A stretch of 46,619 nucleotides of DNA from NCBI GenBank assembly GCA_013151495.1, contig JAADIE010000081.1:1-46619 (forward strand), read 5' to 3'. The position numbers were made by a program, and so were the translations under genes. The notes beneath the pieces were generated by a model that was not told the origin of the DNA, made no database searches, and saw nothing but the letters and a program-made list of their open reading frames with translations. This DNA comes from Nitrospirota bacterium (GTDB taxonomy: Bacteria; Nitrospirota; Thermodesulfovibrionia; Thermodesulfovibrionales; JdFR-85). Below, piece after piece: positions 37,972 through 46,492 of the stretch (position 1 is the stretch's first letter; each line of letters starts with the position of its first letter).

Positions 37972-38991
37972 ATGTTAAAAAACCTTACATTTCCGGTTAC
38001 ACCTTCCGTTCTGATTGTTGATGACATACTGTCCAATTTGGAGTTGATTGAGGCAGTAGTTAAAGGGGAGGGTTACGAGGTTTTAAAGGCAATGAATGCC
38101 CGCGATGCCATTTCCCTGTTCGAGGAAAGGCAACCAGACATTGCAGTGCTTGATGTTATGATGCCCGAAATTGATGGCTTCCAGCTCTGTCAGATCCTTA
38201 AAGATATGGCAGGAAAGAGATACTTTCCCATAATCCTGCTTACTGCTTTAAATGACAAGGAAAGCCGCATAAGGGGTATTGAATGTGGTGCTGATGATTT
38301 TATATCCAAGCCTTTCGAGCCAAGGGCCTTTCTTGCAAAGCTCAAGTCACTACTTAGAATCAAATTCCTCTATGATGAACTTGATCATTCCGAAAATATA
38401 ATTCTTACCCTTGCTGTTGCCCTTGAGGCCAGAGACCCATACACCAGAGGACATTCCACAAGGGTTGGTGACCTTTCAAGGGAATTTGCCGAATATATTG
38501 GTCTGAGCAATTATGACCAGGATATGATAAGGAAGGCAGGGCTTTTACATGACATCGGAAAAATTGGTCTAAGTGAGACCCTTCTACTTAAACCATCAAG
38601 GCTTACAGAACAGGAGCATGATGTAATAAAGAGGCATCCTATTATTGGGGAGGAGATCTGTAAACCCCTTAACTCTCTGCAAATGATTCTACCTGCCATC
38701 AGGCACCATCACGAGAGATGGGATGGAAAGGGGTTTCCTGATGGGTTAAAAGGAGATGAGATTCCTCTTTATGCAAGGATTCTTTCAATTGTGGATTCCT
38801 TTGATGCAATGCTTTCTGAAAGACCCTATCGAAAGGGAAGGTCCTTTCGTGAGGTTCTGGAGATCTTCAAACGAGAAAGAGAGTATGGTCAGTGGGACCC
38901 TGTACTGGTAGGCAATTTTATCGAAATGCTTAATGTACTTGGTGAGGAATATATTGTTAACAACAGGATTGCCTATAAACTGGAGCGTTAA
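37972..38991 (+). CDS. REC + HD-GYP cyclic-di-GMP phosphodiesterase (RpfG-like)
   Basis: REC (VDD, LDVMMP, SKPF), HSTRV, LHDIGK, HHERWDGKGFP, RPYRK. Start moved to 37972 because TTGACA-N17-TTTAAT lies inside the longer ORF. Confidence 0.93.
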   Translation: MLKNLTFPVTPSVLIVDDILSNLELIEAVVKGEGYEVLKAMNARDAISLFEERQPDIAVLDVMMPEIDGFQLCQILKDMAGKRYFPIILLTALNDKESRIRGIECGADDFISKPFEPRAFLAKLKSLLRIKFLYDELDHSENIILTLAVALEARDPYTRGHSTRVGDLSREFAEYIGLSNYDQDMIRKAGLLHDIGKIGLSETLLLKPSRLTEQEHDVIKRHPIIGEEICKPLNSLQMILPAIRHHHERWDGKGFPDGLKGDEIPLYARILSIVDSFDAMLSERPYRKGRSFREVLEIFKREREYGQWDPVLVGNFIEMLNVLGEEYIVNNRIAYKLER

Positions 38992-38994
38992 TAA

Positions 38995-41900
38995 ATGATC
39001 AAGATTGCCCTGGCTGGAGGGAATGTAGCAGGGGGAGCCTTAATTTCACTTCTTAGAACCGAGCCAAATGTAAAAGTAGTAGCCCTATATGAAGAAAAAG
39101 CCGATGCCCCTGCGGTTATGCTTGCCCGCAAATGGGGCATTCCTGTTTGTACAAGACTTGAAGAGCTATCTGAATATCGGCCATCACTGGTTATAAATGT
39201 AATTGAAGAAAATATAGAGGCAGAGCTTAAGAAGGCCCTTGGTGAGCAGATCGAGATTATCAATCCTGGAGCTGCTAAACTCCTCTGGGATTTTATTGAG
39301 CGCCAGAAAAAGGCACGGGTCGAGACAATAAAGACTATCCAGAATATGAATACCCTTATATCTCTGACCACTGAGGCCTCCAGAGGGATAGAGGCTCCTT
39401 TCCTTAAAAATGCACTCAAAAGAGCACTGGAGATTGCTGAGGCACCTGCTGGAAGCATTGTAACTTACAAAGATAACAAATTACAGCTTCAATGCGCAGT
39501 GGGGCTTAGTAAGAGATTTATTGAAAATACAAGCTGGGAGATGATCCCGGGTGGGCTTACAGAAAAGGTTGTTAAGGAGAAAAAGACTATAGAGATATAC
39601 GACACCCTGACCAGTGATTTCAACAACCCATCACTGATGATAGAAAATATCAGGGCAGTGCTTGCAATGCCCCTTGTAAGGGCAGACCAGTGTGTTGGCA
39701 TCCTGTTTGTGGATGACTTTAAGCCAAGAAGATTTTCAACAAGGCAAAAAACAGCCCTTACGCTTTTATGCAGGATAACCGCAAATACCATTTTCTGGCT
39801 TCACCAGGTTCAGGACATTATTACAGTACAGGCCAGTTTAGATGCTCTCATGGACAGTGTCAACGATCTTGTGTTGATTACTGATCTGGAGGGAATCATT
39901 ACAGACTGTAATAGCAGATTTCTGGATTACAACCTGAGTAAGGCTGATCTTGTAGGTAAATCAATTGCAGATGTGATCAGTACTGAAAGCAATGGATTTC
40001 TTAATGAGGTTATTAAGAAGAGATCGGTAGTACACGAGCTAAAAGTAAATCTGACTGAGGAACTAAGTAAAAGGGCGGAGATAGAGGAGTTGAAACTCAA
40101 TGCCTCTCCTGTTAAGGATAAGTCTGAAAAGGTTCACGGGTATATTTTTGTACTTGAGGATACAACAGAGCGGCTCAGGCTACTGAGTGAGCTTGAACAG
40201 GCGAAGGAGTCTCTGGAGTCCCTGAACCAGATGCTTGAGCAGAAGGTGGTGGAAAGAACTGAGGCCCTTGAAAGGATGAACAGAGAACTTGAAAAGGCCA
40301 ATCAACTAAAGAGCAGATTTATTGCTAATATGTCTCATGAGCTTCGTACCCCTCTGAACTCCATAATCGGTTTTTCTGATATCCTCCTTGAGGAGACCTT
40401 TGGCAGCCTCACGGATGAACAAAAACGTTATATAAGAAATATCCAGAACTCCGGAAAGCACCTCCTTGAACTAATAAACAATGTACTTGACCTTTCAAAG
40501 ATCGACTCCGGTAGATATGAGCTCCAGTATGAGACCTTTTTTGTGGATGAGGTAATTCATGAAGTGGTGGAGACAATGAAGCCTCTGGCAGAGTCCAAAT
40601 CCCTGTCAATTAACATAAATATAGATCCTGAGATAGACACCCTTACGGCAGACAGGGTAAAGATTAAACAGGTTCTTTATAATCTTATCTCCAATGCTAT
40701 AAAGTTTACTCCTGAAGGCGGTAGCATACTGATTACTGCCCAGAGGGAAAAGATAAATGATGAGGATGCCGTGAGATTTGCGGTTAAAGACACGGGTGTT
40801 GGTATTCCACCCGATGACATCGACAGGATTTTTGATGAGTTCGAGCAGATAGACACATCTCTTTCAAGGCAGTACGGAGGAGTGGGGCTTGGGCTTGCCC
40901 TTAGTAAAAGGCTGGTAGAGCTTCATGGTGGCAGGATCTCGGTAGAAAGTACCCTTGGTAAGGGGAGCACCTTTTATTTCAGCATACCAACAGCCAGAGA
41001 GGTACCAAAAGAGGAGCCTGTTGAGAGGCCAGAAGAGGTGCTCGAGGCTGTTAAGCTAAACTATCCATGGACCAAAAAAGAGGCCCCCTTAATACTGGTG
41101 GTTGAGGATGACCAGCCAACCATAGAGCTATTAACAATACACCTTACGCAGGCCGGGTATAAGGTGGCCCACGCCTTCAATGGCGAGGAGGCAATAGAGA
41201 AGGCCCGAACCCTGAAGCCCTTTGCCATCACCCTTGATGTGATGCTTCCAAAGAAAGACGGCTGGGAAGTACTGCAGGAGCTTAAAAGTGACGAGACAAC
41301 GGCAAACATTCCTGTTATTATACACTCCATAGTGGATAACAAGGATCTTGCCTTTGCCCTCGGTGCAACCGATTACATATTAAAACCACTGGATAAAGAT
41401 ATACTTATCGAGAAGCTAAATGAGCTTGCTGCCACAAAGGCAAAGAAGGGGCTGCCTGCAACAGTGCTTTTAATCGAGCCAAAAGAGGAGGAGGCCCAGA
41501 AACTAAAGGAGATCCTTCAGGACTCGGGCACAATAACCTATGTTGCCAAGGATTTGAAAAAGGGGATAGAGCTTGCCATTGCCATAAGGCCAAATCTGAT
41601 AATGGTGAGTGTCGATTCAGATGATACCGATGGTTTTGATGTCATACAGGAGCTGAAGGCCTCGCCTGCAACAAAGGATATCCCTATCTTTGTGCTTTCT
41701 GAAAGGGACCTTTCCGTTGAGGAGAGGCTTGACATGCTTGGTAAGATAGACAGGATTATGAAAAAGAGGGCCTTTGATACCAAAGAACTTATCGAGCATA
41801 TAAAAGAGCTTGAGATTATATACCCAAGAAGGGCCGGGCTTGTTGACGACCTTACAGGGCTTTTCAGCCATCGTTACTTCCATATCAGACTTGCCCAGGA

Positions 41901-42351
41901 AATAGAACGGGCAGAACGATATAAGTTGCCATTGATACTTGTGATGATAGATCTGGACCATTTTGGAAACTACATCGAAAAGGCCGGACAATACAATGCC
42001 AATATAGTACTTAAAAAGGTTGGAGATCTGCTAAAAAGAAATATCAGGGGCTCGGATATTGTTGTACGTTATGGAGGGGATTCCTTTGCAGTGGTACTTC
42101 CTAATACGGTACTGAATGCAGGCATTTCACTAAGCAACAGATTTAATGCTATTATAAAAAACTTCCCCTTTCCTCAGGAGGAGGTTCAGCCAAAGGGAAG
42201 AATTACTGCCAGTGCAGGACTGGCCTTTTATTCAGGGCAGTCTCCTGAGGAGTTGATACTCTGTGCAGAAAAGGCCCTTTCTTATGCAATAAGCAAAGGT
42301 GGCGATAGAGTTGAGGTATTCTCAAAGGAGATCGAAACATTCAAGATCTGA
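38995..42351 (+). CDS. cytoplasmic hybrid histidine kinase: Rossmann-like-GAF-PAS-HisKA-HATPase-REC-pseudoREC-degenerate GGDEF
   Basis: SHELRTPL, NAIKFT, DTGVG, GLGLAL; REC1 LDVMLP..KP; C-terminal RGSD..RYGGDSF. Confidence 0.9.
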   Translation: MIKIALAGGNVAGGALISLLRTEPNVKVVALYEEKADAPAVMLARKWGIPVCTRLEELSEYRPSLVINVIEENIEAELKKALGEQIEIINPGAAKLLWDFIERQKKARVETIKTIQNMNTLISLTTEASRGIEAPFLKNALKRALEIAEAPAGSIVTYKDNKLQLQCAVGLSKRFIENTSWEMIPGGLTEKVVKEKKTIEIYDTLTSDFNNPSLMIENIRAVLAMPLVRADQCVGILFVDDFKPRRFSTRQKTALTLLCRITANTIFWLHQVQDIITVQASLDALMDSVNDLVLITDLEGIITDCNSRFLDYNLSKADLVGKSIADVISTESNGFLNEVIKKRSVVHELKVNLTEELSKRAEIEELKLNASPVKDKSEKVHGYIFVLEDTTERLRLLSELEQAKESLESLNQMLEQKVVERTEALERMNRELEKANQLKSRFIANMSHELRTPLNSIIGFSDILLEETFGSLTDEQKRYIRNIQNSGKHLLELINNVLDLSKIDSGRYELQYETFFVDEVIHEVVETMKPLAESKSLSININIDPEIDTLTADRVKIKQVLYNLISNAIKFTPEGGSILITAQREKINDEDAVRFAVKDTGVGIPPDDIDRIFDEFEQIDTSLSRQYGGVGLGLALSKRLVELHGGRISVESTLGKGSTFYFSIPTAREVPKEEPVERPEEVLEAVKLNYPWTKKEAPLILVVEDDQPTIELLTIHLTQAGYKVAHAFNGEEAIEKARTLKPFAITLDVMLPKKDGWEVLQELKSDETTANIPVIIHSIVDNKDLAFALGATDYILKPLDKDILIEKLNELAATKAKKGLPATVLLIEPKEEEAQKLKEILQDSGTITYVAKDLKKGIELAIAIRPNLIMVSVDSDDTDGFDVIQELKASPATKDIPIFVLSERDLSVEERLDMLGKIDRIMKKRAFDTKELIEHIKELEIIYPRRAGLVDDLTGLFSHRYFHIRLAQEIERAERYKLPLILVMIDLDHFGNYIEKAGQYNANIVLKKVGDLLKRNIRGSDIVVRYGGDSFAVVLPNTVLNAGISLSNRFNAIIKNFPFPQEEVQPKGRITASAGLAFYSGQSPEELILCAEKALSYAISKGGDRVEVFSKEIETFKI

Positions 42352-42829
42352 ACTGCTTTATGACTGTATTGAAACACCTGTTGGTCCGCTAAGCATAGTG
42401 TTTTATTATCCAGCCGGAAATACAACCAGGGCCTGTTTATTAAGGATAACCTTCTCACCAAGGGTTTCAGGTGCAAAAAAGACCCCTCTGCCAGAGTATA
42501 TCAAGAGGCAGTTCAGGGAGTATTTCAACGGCAATAGAAAGAGCTTTGATCTTTGTTATGAACTTAAAGGCAGCGAATTCGAAAAAGAGGTATGGGAGCT
42601 AACAGCATCCATACCCTATGGACAGACAAGAACCTATAAATGGATAGCTGAACAGTTAAAAAAGCCAGGTAGTGTCAGGGCAGTAGGGCAGGCCCTGAAG
42701 CGAAATGCCCTGCCCATTGTGGTTCCATGCCACAGGGTAATTATGTCGGATGGTGACATTGGTGGTTATTCGTCTGGCACGGAGATAAAGCGAAGACTGC
42801 TTGATTTAGAATACTACAGTAATCGATAG
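42299..42829 (+). CDS. ogt: methylated-DNA--protein-cysteine methyltransferase
   Basis: IPYGQTRTY, RAVGQA, PCHRV active site. The start is uncertain (GTG 42299 overlaps the upstream gene). Confidence 0.9.
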   Translation: MAIELRYSQRRSKHSRSELLYDCIETPVGPLSIVFYYPAGNTTRACLLRITFSPRVSGAKKTPLPEYIKRQFREYFNGNRKSFDLCYELKGSEFEKEVWELTASIPYGQTRTYKWIAEQLKKPGSVRAVGQALKRNALPIVVPCHRVIMSDGDIGGYSSGTEIKRRLLDLEYYSNR

Positions 42830-42836
42830 CCCGGAG

Positions 42837-44798
42837 CTAAAGCTCCTCGTAAAGGACGGTTTTGTTTCTGCCTTCCTGTTTTGCCCTGTAAAGGGCCTGA
42901 TCAGCCCGCTCTATTAAGTCTTCACGAGTCCTTGCATCTTCAGGATAGGAGGCAATACCCAGACTTAATGTAACATTGATATCTGCTGTGTCGGTTTTAA
43001 CAGTAGTCTGTTCCACCTTTTTGCGCAGACGTTCGGCTATCTTTTTGGCCTCTCTTGCAGTTGATTTAAGGATTATCAAAGCAAATTCCTCACCACCGTA
43101 TCGTGCCGGGAAATCAATCTCTCTTACTGCCTTACGAATGATTTCGGCTATTTTTTTCAGGACAGCATCTCCGGCAGGATGCCCGTAAGTATCATTTACC
43201 TTTTTAAAATGATCGATATCAAGAAGTATCAGGGATACTGGTTCTGTGTAGCGGTCTGCCCTTTTAAGCTCTTCCTGTAAACGCTCCTGAAAGCGTCTGT
43301 GATTGTATAGCCCTGTTAGACCATCTGTAAAGGCCATCATCTTTATTTCTTCATGCAGCATTGCCTTTGATGCACTCTCAGAGGCCTGGTAAAGATAGAC
43401 CTCCAGCAGATGGCGCTGGATCTGGTTGAAGGCATCCCTTTTTGATGAAAAAACAGCCACCATGGCCTGTACCCTTTTTTCAATAATCAGTGGTACAACA
43501 AACATGCTCTTGGGATTTACTCCGTTAAGAGGTAGCGCCTTTTTCTTATACATGGCAAGATCTGAAAAATACAGGGGTTTTTTGTTACTCCTTATCAACT
43601 CAAGCAGGGTTTCTTTAAGCTTTTTAATACTGACTTTTTGCTCCTTGATGATCAGTTTGTCTGGTTTGTAGATCCTGTAGCTACTGTTTGTACGCCACAA
43701 AAGTACAGCGGAGCCCCCAGTAAGGGCCTCTGATGACTCCACTATCTTCTGAAGTATCTCATCCAGTTCTATTACCTCTGACAGGGATGAGCCATGTTCA
43801 TGGAGCATGGAGATTGCCTTGTATGAGAGCTTAATCTGAGAAAACATCCTCTGCCTGCCAAGACTTCTGGCAATCTCTTTTGCTATAAGATCCACTACCG
43901 ATTGATCCTTCTCGGTAAAGGCCCTGTAACGGATACTCTCTACACAGAGCACACCAAGGGGTATCTGATCGTCCACTACTGGTGAGGCAATCAGGCTTTT
44001 GATTCTCTCTCCACTGTAATAACCAGGGTTTTTGATTTCACCCTCTTCGGCCCAGATAAGAATGGATTTTTTCTGGAGAAGGACTTCATAAATTATTCCT
44101 TCATCCACAGGATTGCATTCCGTGTCTTTTGCTGAACAAAGACAGGTGAGTTCACCATCTCTGTAGACAAAAATATGAGCATTGTCGGCCACCGTTGCCA
44201 CCTGAGATAGTAACATCAATTCTTCAAGTTCCTCTTTGAGGCTCTTTTCTTCTGAATAAAAGGAGGAAAGAATAAGGTCTTCATCAAGGTGATGACTTGT
44301 CTCAGCAAGCTCCTTTGCCTGGCTTTTAAGTGATGAGAGCCTTTGGCTGAGTGACTCCAGTGATTCCTTATGTTGGTGGGTAATTCCCCAGATCACAATA
44401 GATGAAAAGATGCTATAAAGAATTATCCAGATAGAAGGATTACTAATTGACAGTGTGGTCAGGAGCTCTTTAAGGTGAACAAGGGGTTGAAATGCGATAA
44501 CCATTATCAGGGCCTTGAGCCCGATAAAATTAACACTTACTGCCATAACAGGAATATGTACATAGTGGATAATATCAAGCCTGGTTATCTGGTATAGGGC
44601 TTCAGCTATGCTCTGTAATATAAAAACAGGCAACCACGCATACAGGGCCTGCCAGCCCTTATGGTAGCAGTATCCTAAAAATACAGCTAATGCTGATGAG
44701 GTTAAAATTATGTACAGAGGGGTTTTCTGGGATATGCCTGAGTAAAGAACTCCACACTGAAGGGCTACTAACAGTACTGGCAGAAGGATATTGATCAG
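42837..44798 (-). CDS. membrane diguanylate cyclase (multi-TM, GAF, GAF, GGDEF)
   Basis: DGLTGLYNHR, DIDHFKKVNDTYGH, REID I-site, GGEEF. The frame is open to 44828 with further hydrophobic segments. Start proposed at CTG 44798; the ORF track starts at TTG 44633. Confidence 0.88.
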   Translation of the reverse strand: MINILLPVLLVALQCGVLYSGISQKTPLYIILTSSALAVFLGYCYHKGWQALYAWLPVFILQSIAEALYQITRLDIIHYVHIPVMAVSVNFIGLKALIMVIAFQPLVHLKELLTTLSISNPSIWIILYSIFSSIVIWGITHQHKESLESLSQRLSSLKSQAKELAETSHHLDEDLILSSFYSEEKSLKEELEELMLLSQVATVADNAHIFVYRDGELTCLCSAKDTECNPVDEGIIYEVLLQKKSILIWAEEGEIKNPGYYSGERIKSLIASPVVDDQIPLGVLCVESIRYRAFTEKDQSVVDLIAKEIARSLGRQRMFSQIKLSYKAISMLHEHGSSLSEVIELDEILQKIVESSEALTGGSAVLLWRTNSSYRIYKPDKLIIKEQKVSIKKLKETLLELIRSNKKPLYFSDLAMYKKKALPLNGVNPKSMFVVPLIIEKRVQAMVAVFSSKRDAFNQIQRHLLEVYLYQASESASKAMLHEEIKMMAFTDGLTGLYNHRRFQERLQEELKRADRYTEPVSLILLDIDHFKKVNDTYGHPAGDAVLKKIAEIIRKAVREIDFPARYGGEEFALIILKSTAREAKKIAERLRKKVEQTTVKTDTADINVTLSLGIASYPEDARTREDLIERADQALYRAKQEGRNKTVLYEEL

Positions 44799-45071
44799 AT
44801 GTCTCTTCCGCGCCTTTTTTCCTCCTCTTTAAAAAACTTCTTATAAAGGACCTCCCATTCTGGCGAGCCTTCAACCAGCTTCTTTGAGTAAGAACTGAGT
44901 TTTCGTCTTACCACCTCGTCTATCTCTTCGCCAAGCTTGAGTTCCTCTATTATACTGCGCCTGATCTGTTACTTTGCCCTCTTCCTCGTTAACCTTTATT
45001 AGATTGCGGTTTTTTAACTCCCTTAAAAGCACATGGCTCATGTGGGTGATCTTTTCGTCTGATAACATCAT
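44795..45071 (-). pseudogene. DUF507 family protein, frameshifted near 44969
   Basis: MMLSDEKITHMSH..EEEGKV continues after a 1-nt shift as QIRRSIIEELKLGEEIDEVVRRKLSSYSKKLVEGSPEWEVLYKKFFKEEEKRRGRDI*, a typical DUF507 C-terminus. Confidence 0.85.
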
Positions 45072-45349
45072 AGGATGAGATTCCTCTCTCTGACAAGCTT
45101 TTGTTTGGTAAGATCAAAAAGTCTTTTGTAGTCAAGCCTCTTGTTCTCAATTTCATCTTCAAACTGCTTGAGAATCTCTCTTACTTCGGCATTTAGCCTG
45201 TCTTCAACCATTAACTCATCAAGCAGTATCTCGGCTGTAATGTTTATAAGCTCCTCTTTGTCTATCTCAGAGGTGATATACTCCCTCTTCAGGAGGTCTT
45301 CAATAATCCTCCTTGCCATAGGTGGAACCCATGAACGAGGAATTCGCAT
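45068..45349 (-). CDS. DUF507 family protein
   Basis: MRIP...EDRLNAEVREIL..DYKRLF..KQKLVRER pattern; tandem paralog pair. Confidence 0.85.
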   Translation of the reverse strand: MRIPRSWVPPMARRIIEDLLKREYITSEIDKEELINITAEILLDELMVEDRLNAEVREILKQFEDEIENKRLDYKRLFDLTKQKLVRERNLIL

Positions 45350-45351
45350 TG

Positions 45352-45573
45352 TTATCTTTCCATAAAAGGAAGCAGTGCTATGTTTCTTGCCCTCTTGATA
45401 GCAGTGGTCAGTTCACGCTGATGCCTGGCACAGGTGCCTGTCATCCTCCGTGGAAGAATTTTGCCCCTTTCGGTCATGTAACCTCTCAGGGTCTTATAGT
45501 CCTTGTAATCAATAAAAGGCACCTTTTCTGCACAGAACTTGCAGTATTTTCTTGTATGGAACCTTCTTACCAT
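45352..45573 (-). CDS. rpsR: 30S ribosomal protein S18 (Zn-binding type)
   Basis: [32 protein letters not shown]. Confidence 0.98.
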   Translation of the reverse strand: MVRRFHTRKYCKFCAEKVPFIDYKDYKTLRGYMTERGKILPRRMTGTCARHQRELTTAIKRARNIALLPFMER

Positions 45574-45610
45574 CCCTTAACTCCTTTCAAGATTTTTATA
45601 GCAAATTTTA

Positions 45611-46012
45611 TTAAAATGGTTCAAGTTCAGTTGTTTCATCCGGTGGTACAAGGTCGTCATCAGCGCCAAAGTCATCGGTTGTCTGCGGAGTATCTCTTCT
45701 TGGTAGAAACTTTATGGTGCTTGCAATGACTTCGAACTTGCTACGCTGCTGTCCCTCGTACTCCCACCTTCTTTCACGCAGTCTGCCTTCTACCAGAATC
45801 GGGCTGCCCTTTGAGAGATACTGCGTAGAGCTTTCTGCCTGCTTGCCAAAAACAACGGTGTCTATAAAAAGGGTCTCATCTTTAAACTCATCCCCCTGTT
45901 TGACCCTCGAGTTTACGGCTATTCTCATGTTGGCCACGGCAGTGCCTGCCGGCGTATAACGGAGTTCAGGATCCTTTGTAAGATTTCCTATGAGTATTAT
46001 CTTATTGAACAT
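45611..46012 (-). CDS. ssb: single-stranded DNA-binding protein
   Basis: NKIILIGNLTKDPELRYT, VEGRL, acidic C-terminal ..EPF. Confidence 0.97.
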   Translation of the reverse strand: MFNKIILIGNLTKDPELRYTPAGTAVANMRIAVNSRVKQGDEFKDETLFIDTVVFGKQAESSTQYLSKGSPILVEGRLRERRWEYEGQQRSKFEVIASTIKFLPRRDTPQTTDDFGADDDLVPPDETTELEPF

Positions 46013-46372
46013 TTAAGCCTCTTGAGGTGTTGCCTCAGGGGTTTCCTCTGGCTTCTTCAGTTCATCAAAAAGCTGTTTTAGTTGCCTTTTGTCCATCCTG
46101 ATAAACATGAACTTGAATACAGGCTCAAATACTCTGTAAAAACGTTCAATCTTTTCAATTGCATCAGAAGGAGCCTTGAATGTATAAAGAATATAGTAAC
46201 CCTGAGTCCTTTTGTTCAGCTCATAGGCGAGTTTCCTACGCCCCCAGTTATCCTCTTTAAGAATCTCCCCTCCGTGTTTTTCAATGGTCCCCTTAATCTT
46301 TTGTGAGACCTCCTGGAGTTCTTCCTCACCAAGTGAGGGTTCAATAATAACAATATTCTCGTAGTAATTCAT
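46013..46372 (-). CDS. rpsF: 30S ribosomal protein S6
   Basis: YENIVII, WGRRKLAYEL..GYY; rpsF-ssb-rpsR order. Confidence 0.97.
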   Translation of the reverse strand: MNYYENIVIIEPSLGEEELQEVSQKIKGTIEKHGGEILKEDNWGRRKLAYELNKRTQGYYILYTFKAPSDAIEKIERFYRVFEPVFKFMFIRMDKRQLKQLFDELKKPEETPEATPQEA

Positions 46373-46378
46373 CTTTGT

Positions 46379-46430
46379 ACCTCCTTTTGGATCTATAGCC
46401 CTCTTTAATTTAATTAAGAGAGCAAGGAGT
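46379..46430 (-). ncRNA. S6:S18 ribosomal protein leader (rpsF cis-regulatory RNA)
   Basis: Minus strand ACTCCTT-GCTCTCTTAATT...AATTAAAGAGGGC-TATAGATCCA-AAAGGAGGT: outer stem sequesters the SD, inner hairpin present, unpaired CCR motif. Confidence 0.8.
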
Positions 46431-46462
46431 TATTGTAATAATAACCCAGATTTAATCCATTA

Positions 46463-46492
46463 AGCATAACCTATCAGGGTGAGGTATGTCAA
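46463..46492 (-). promoter_or_regulatory. sigma70 promoter of the rpsF operon
   Basis: TTGACA-N18-TATGCT on the minus strand, upstream of the leader. Confidence 0.65.

Noticed and set aside
38700-38745. GFP instead of GYP in the HD-GYP domain
   Set aside because: This is a common conservative variant, and the HD, HHE and RxxR/K motifs are intact.
44659-44874. 71-aa ORF MKARQNG...
   Set aside because: It is an alternative frame overlapping the true DUF507 C-terminus and the cyclase N-terminal extension.
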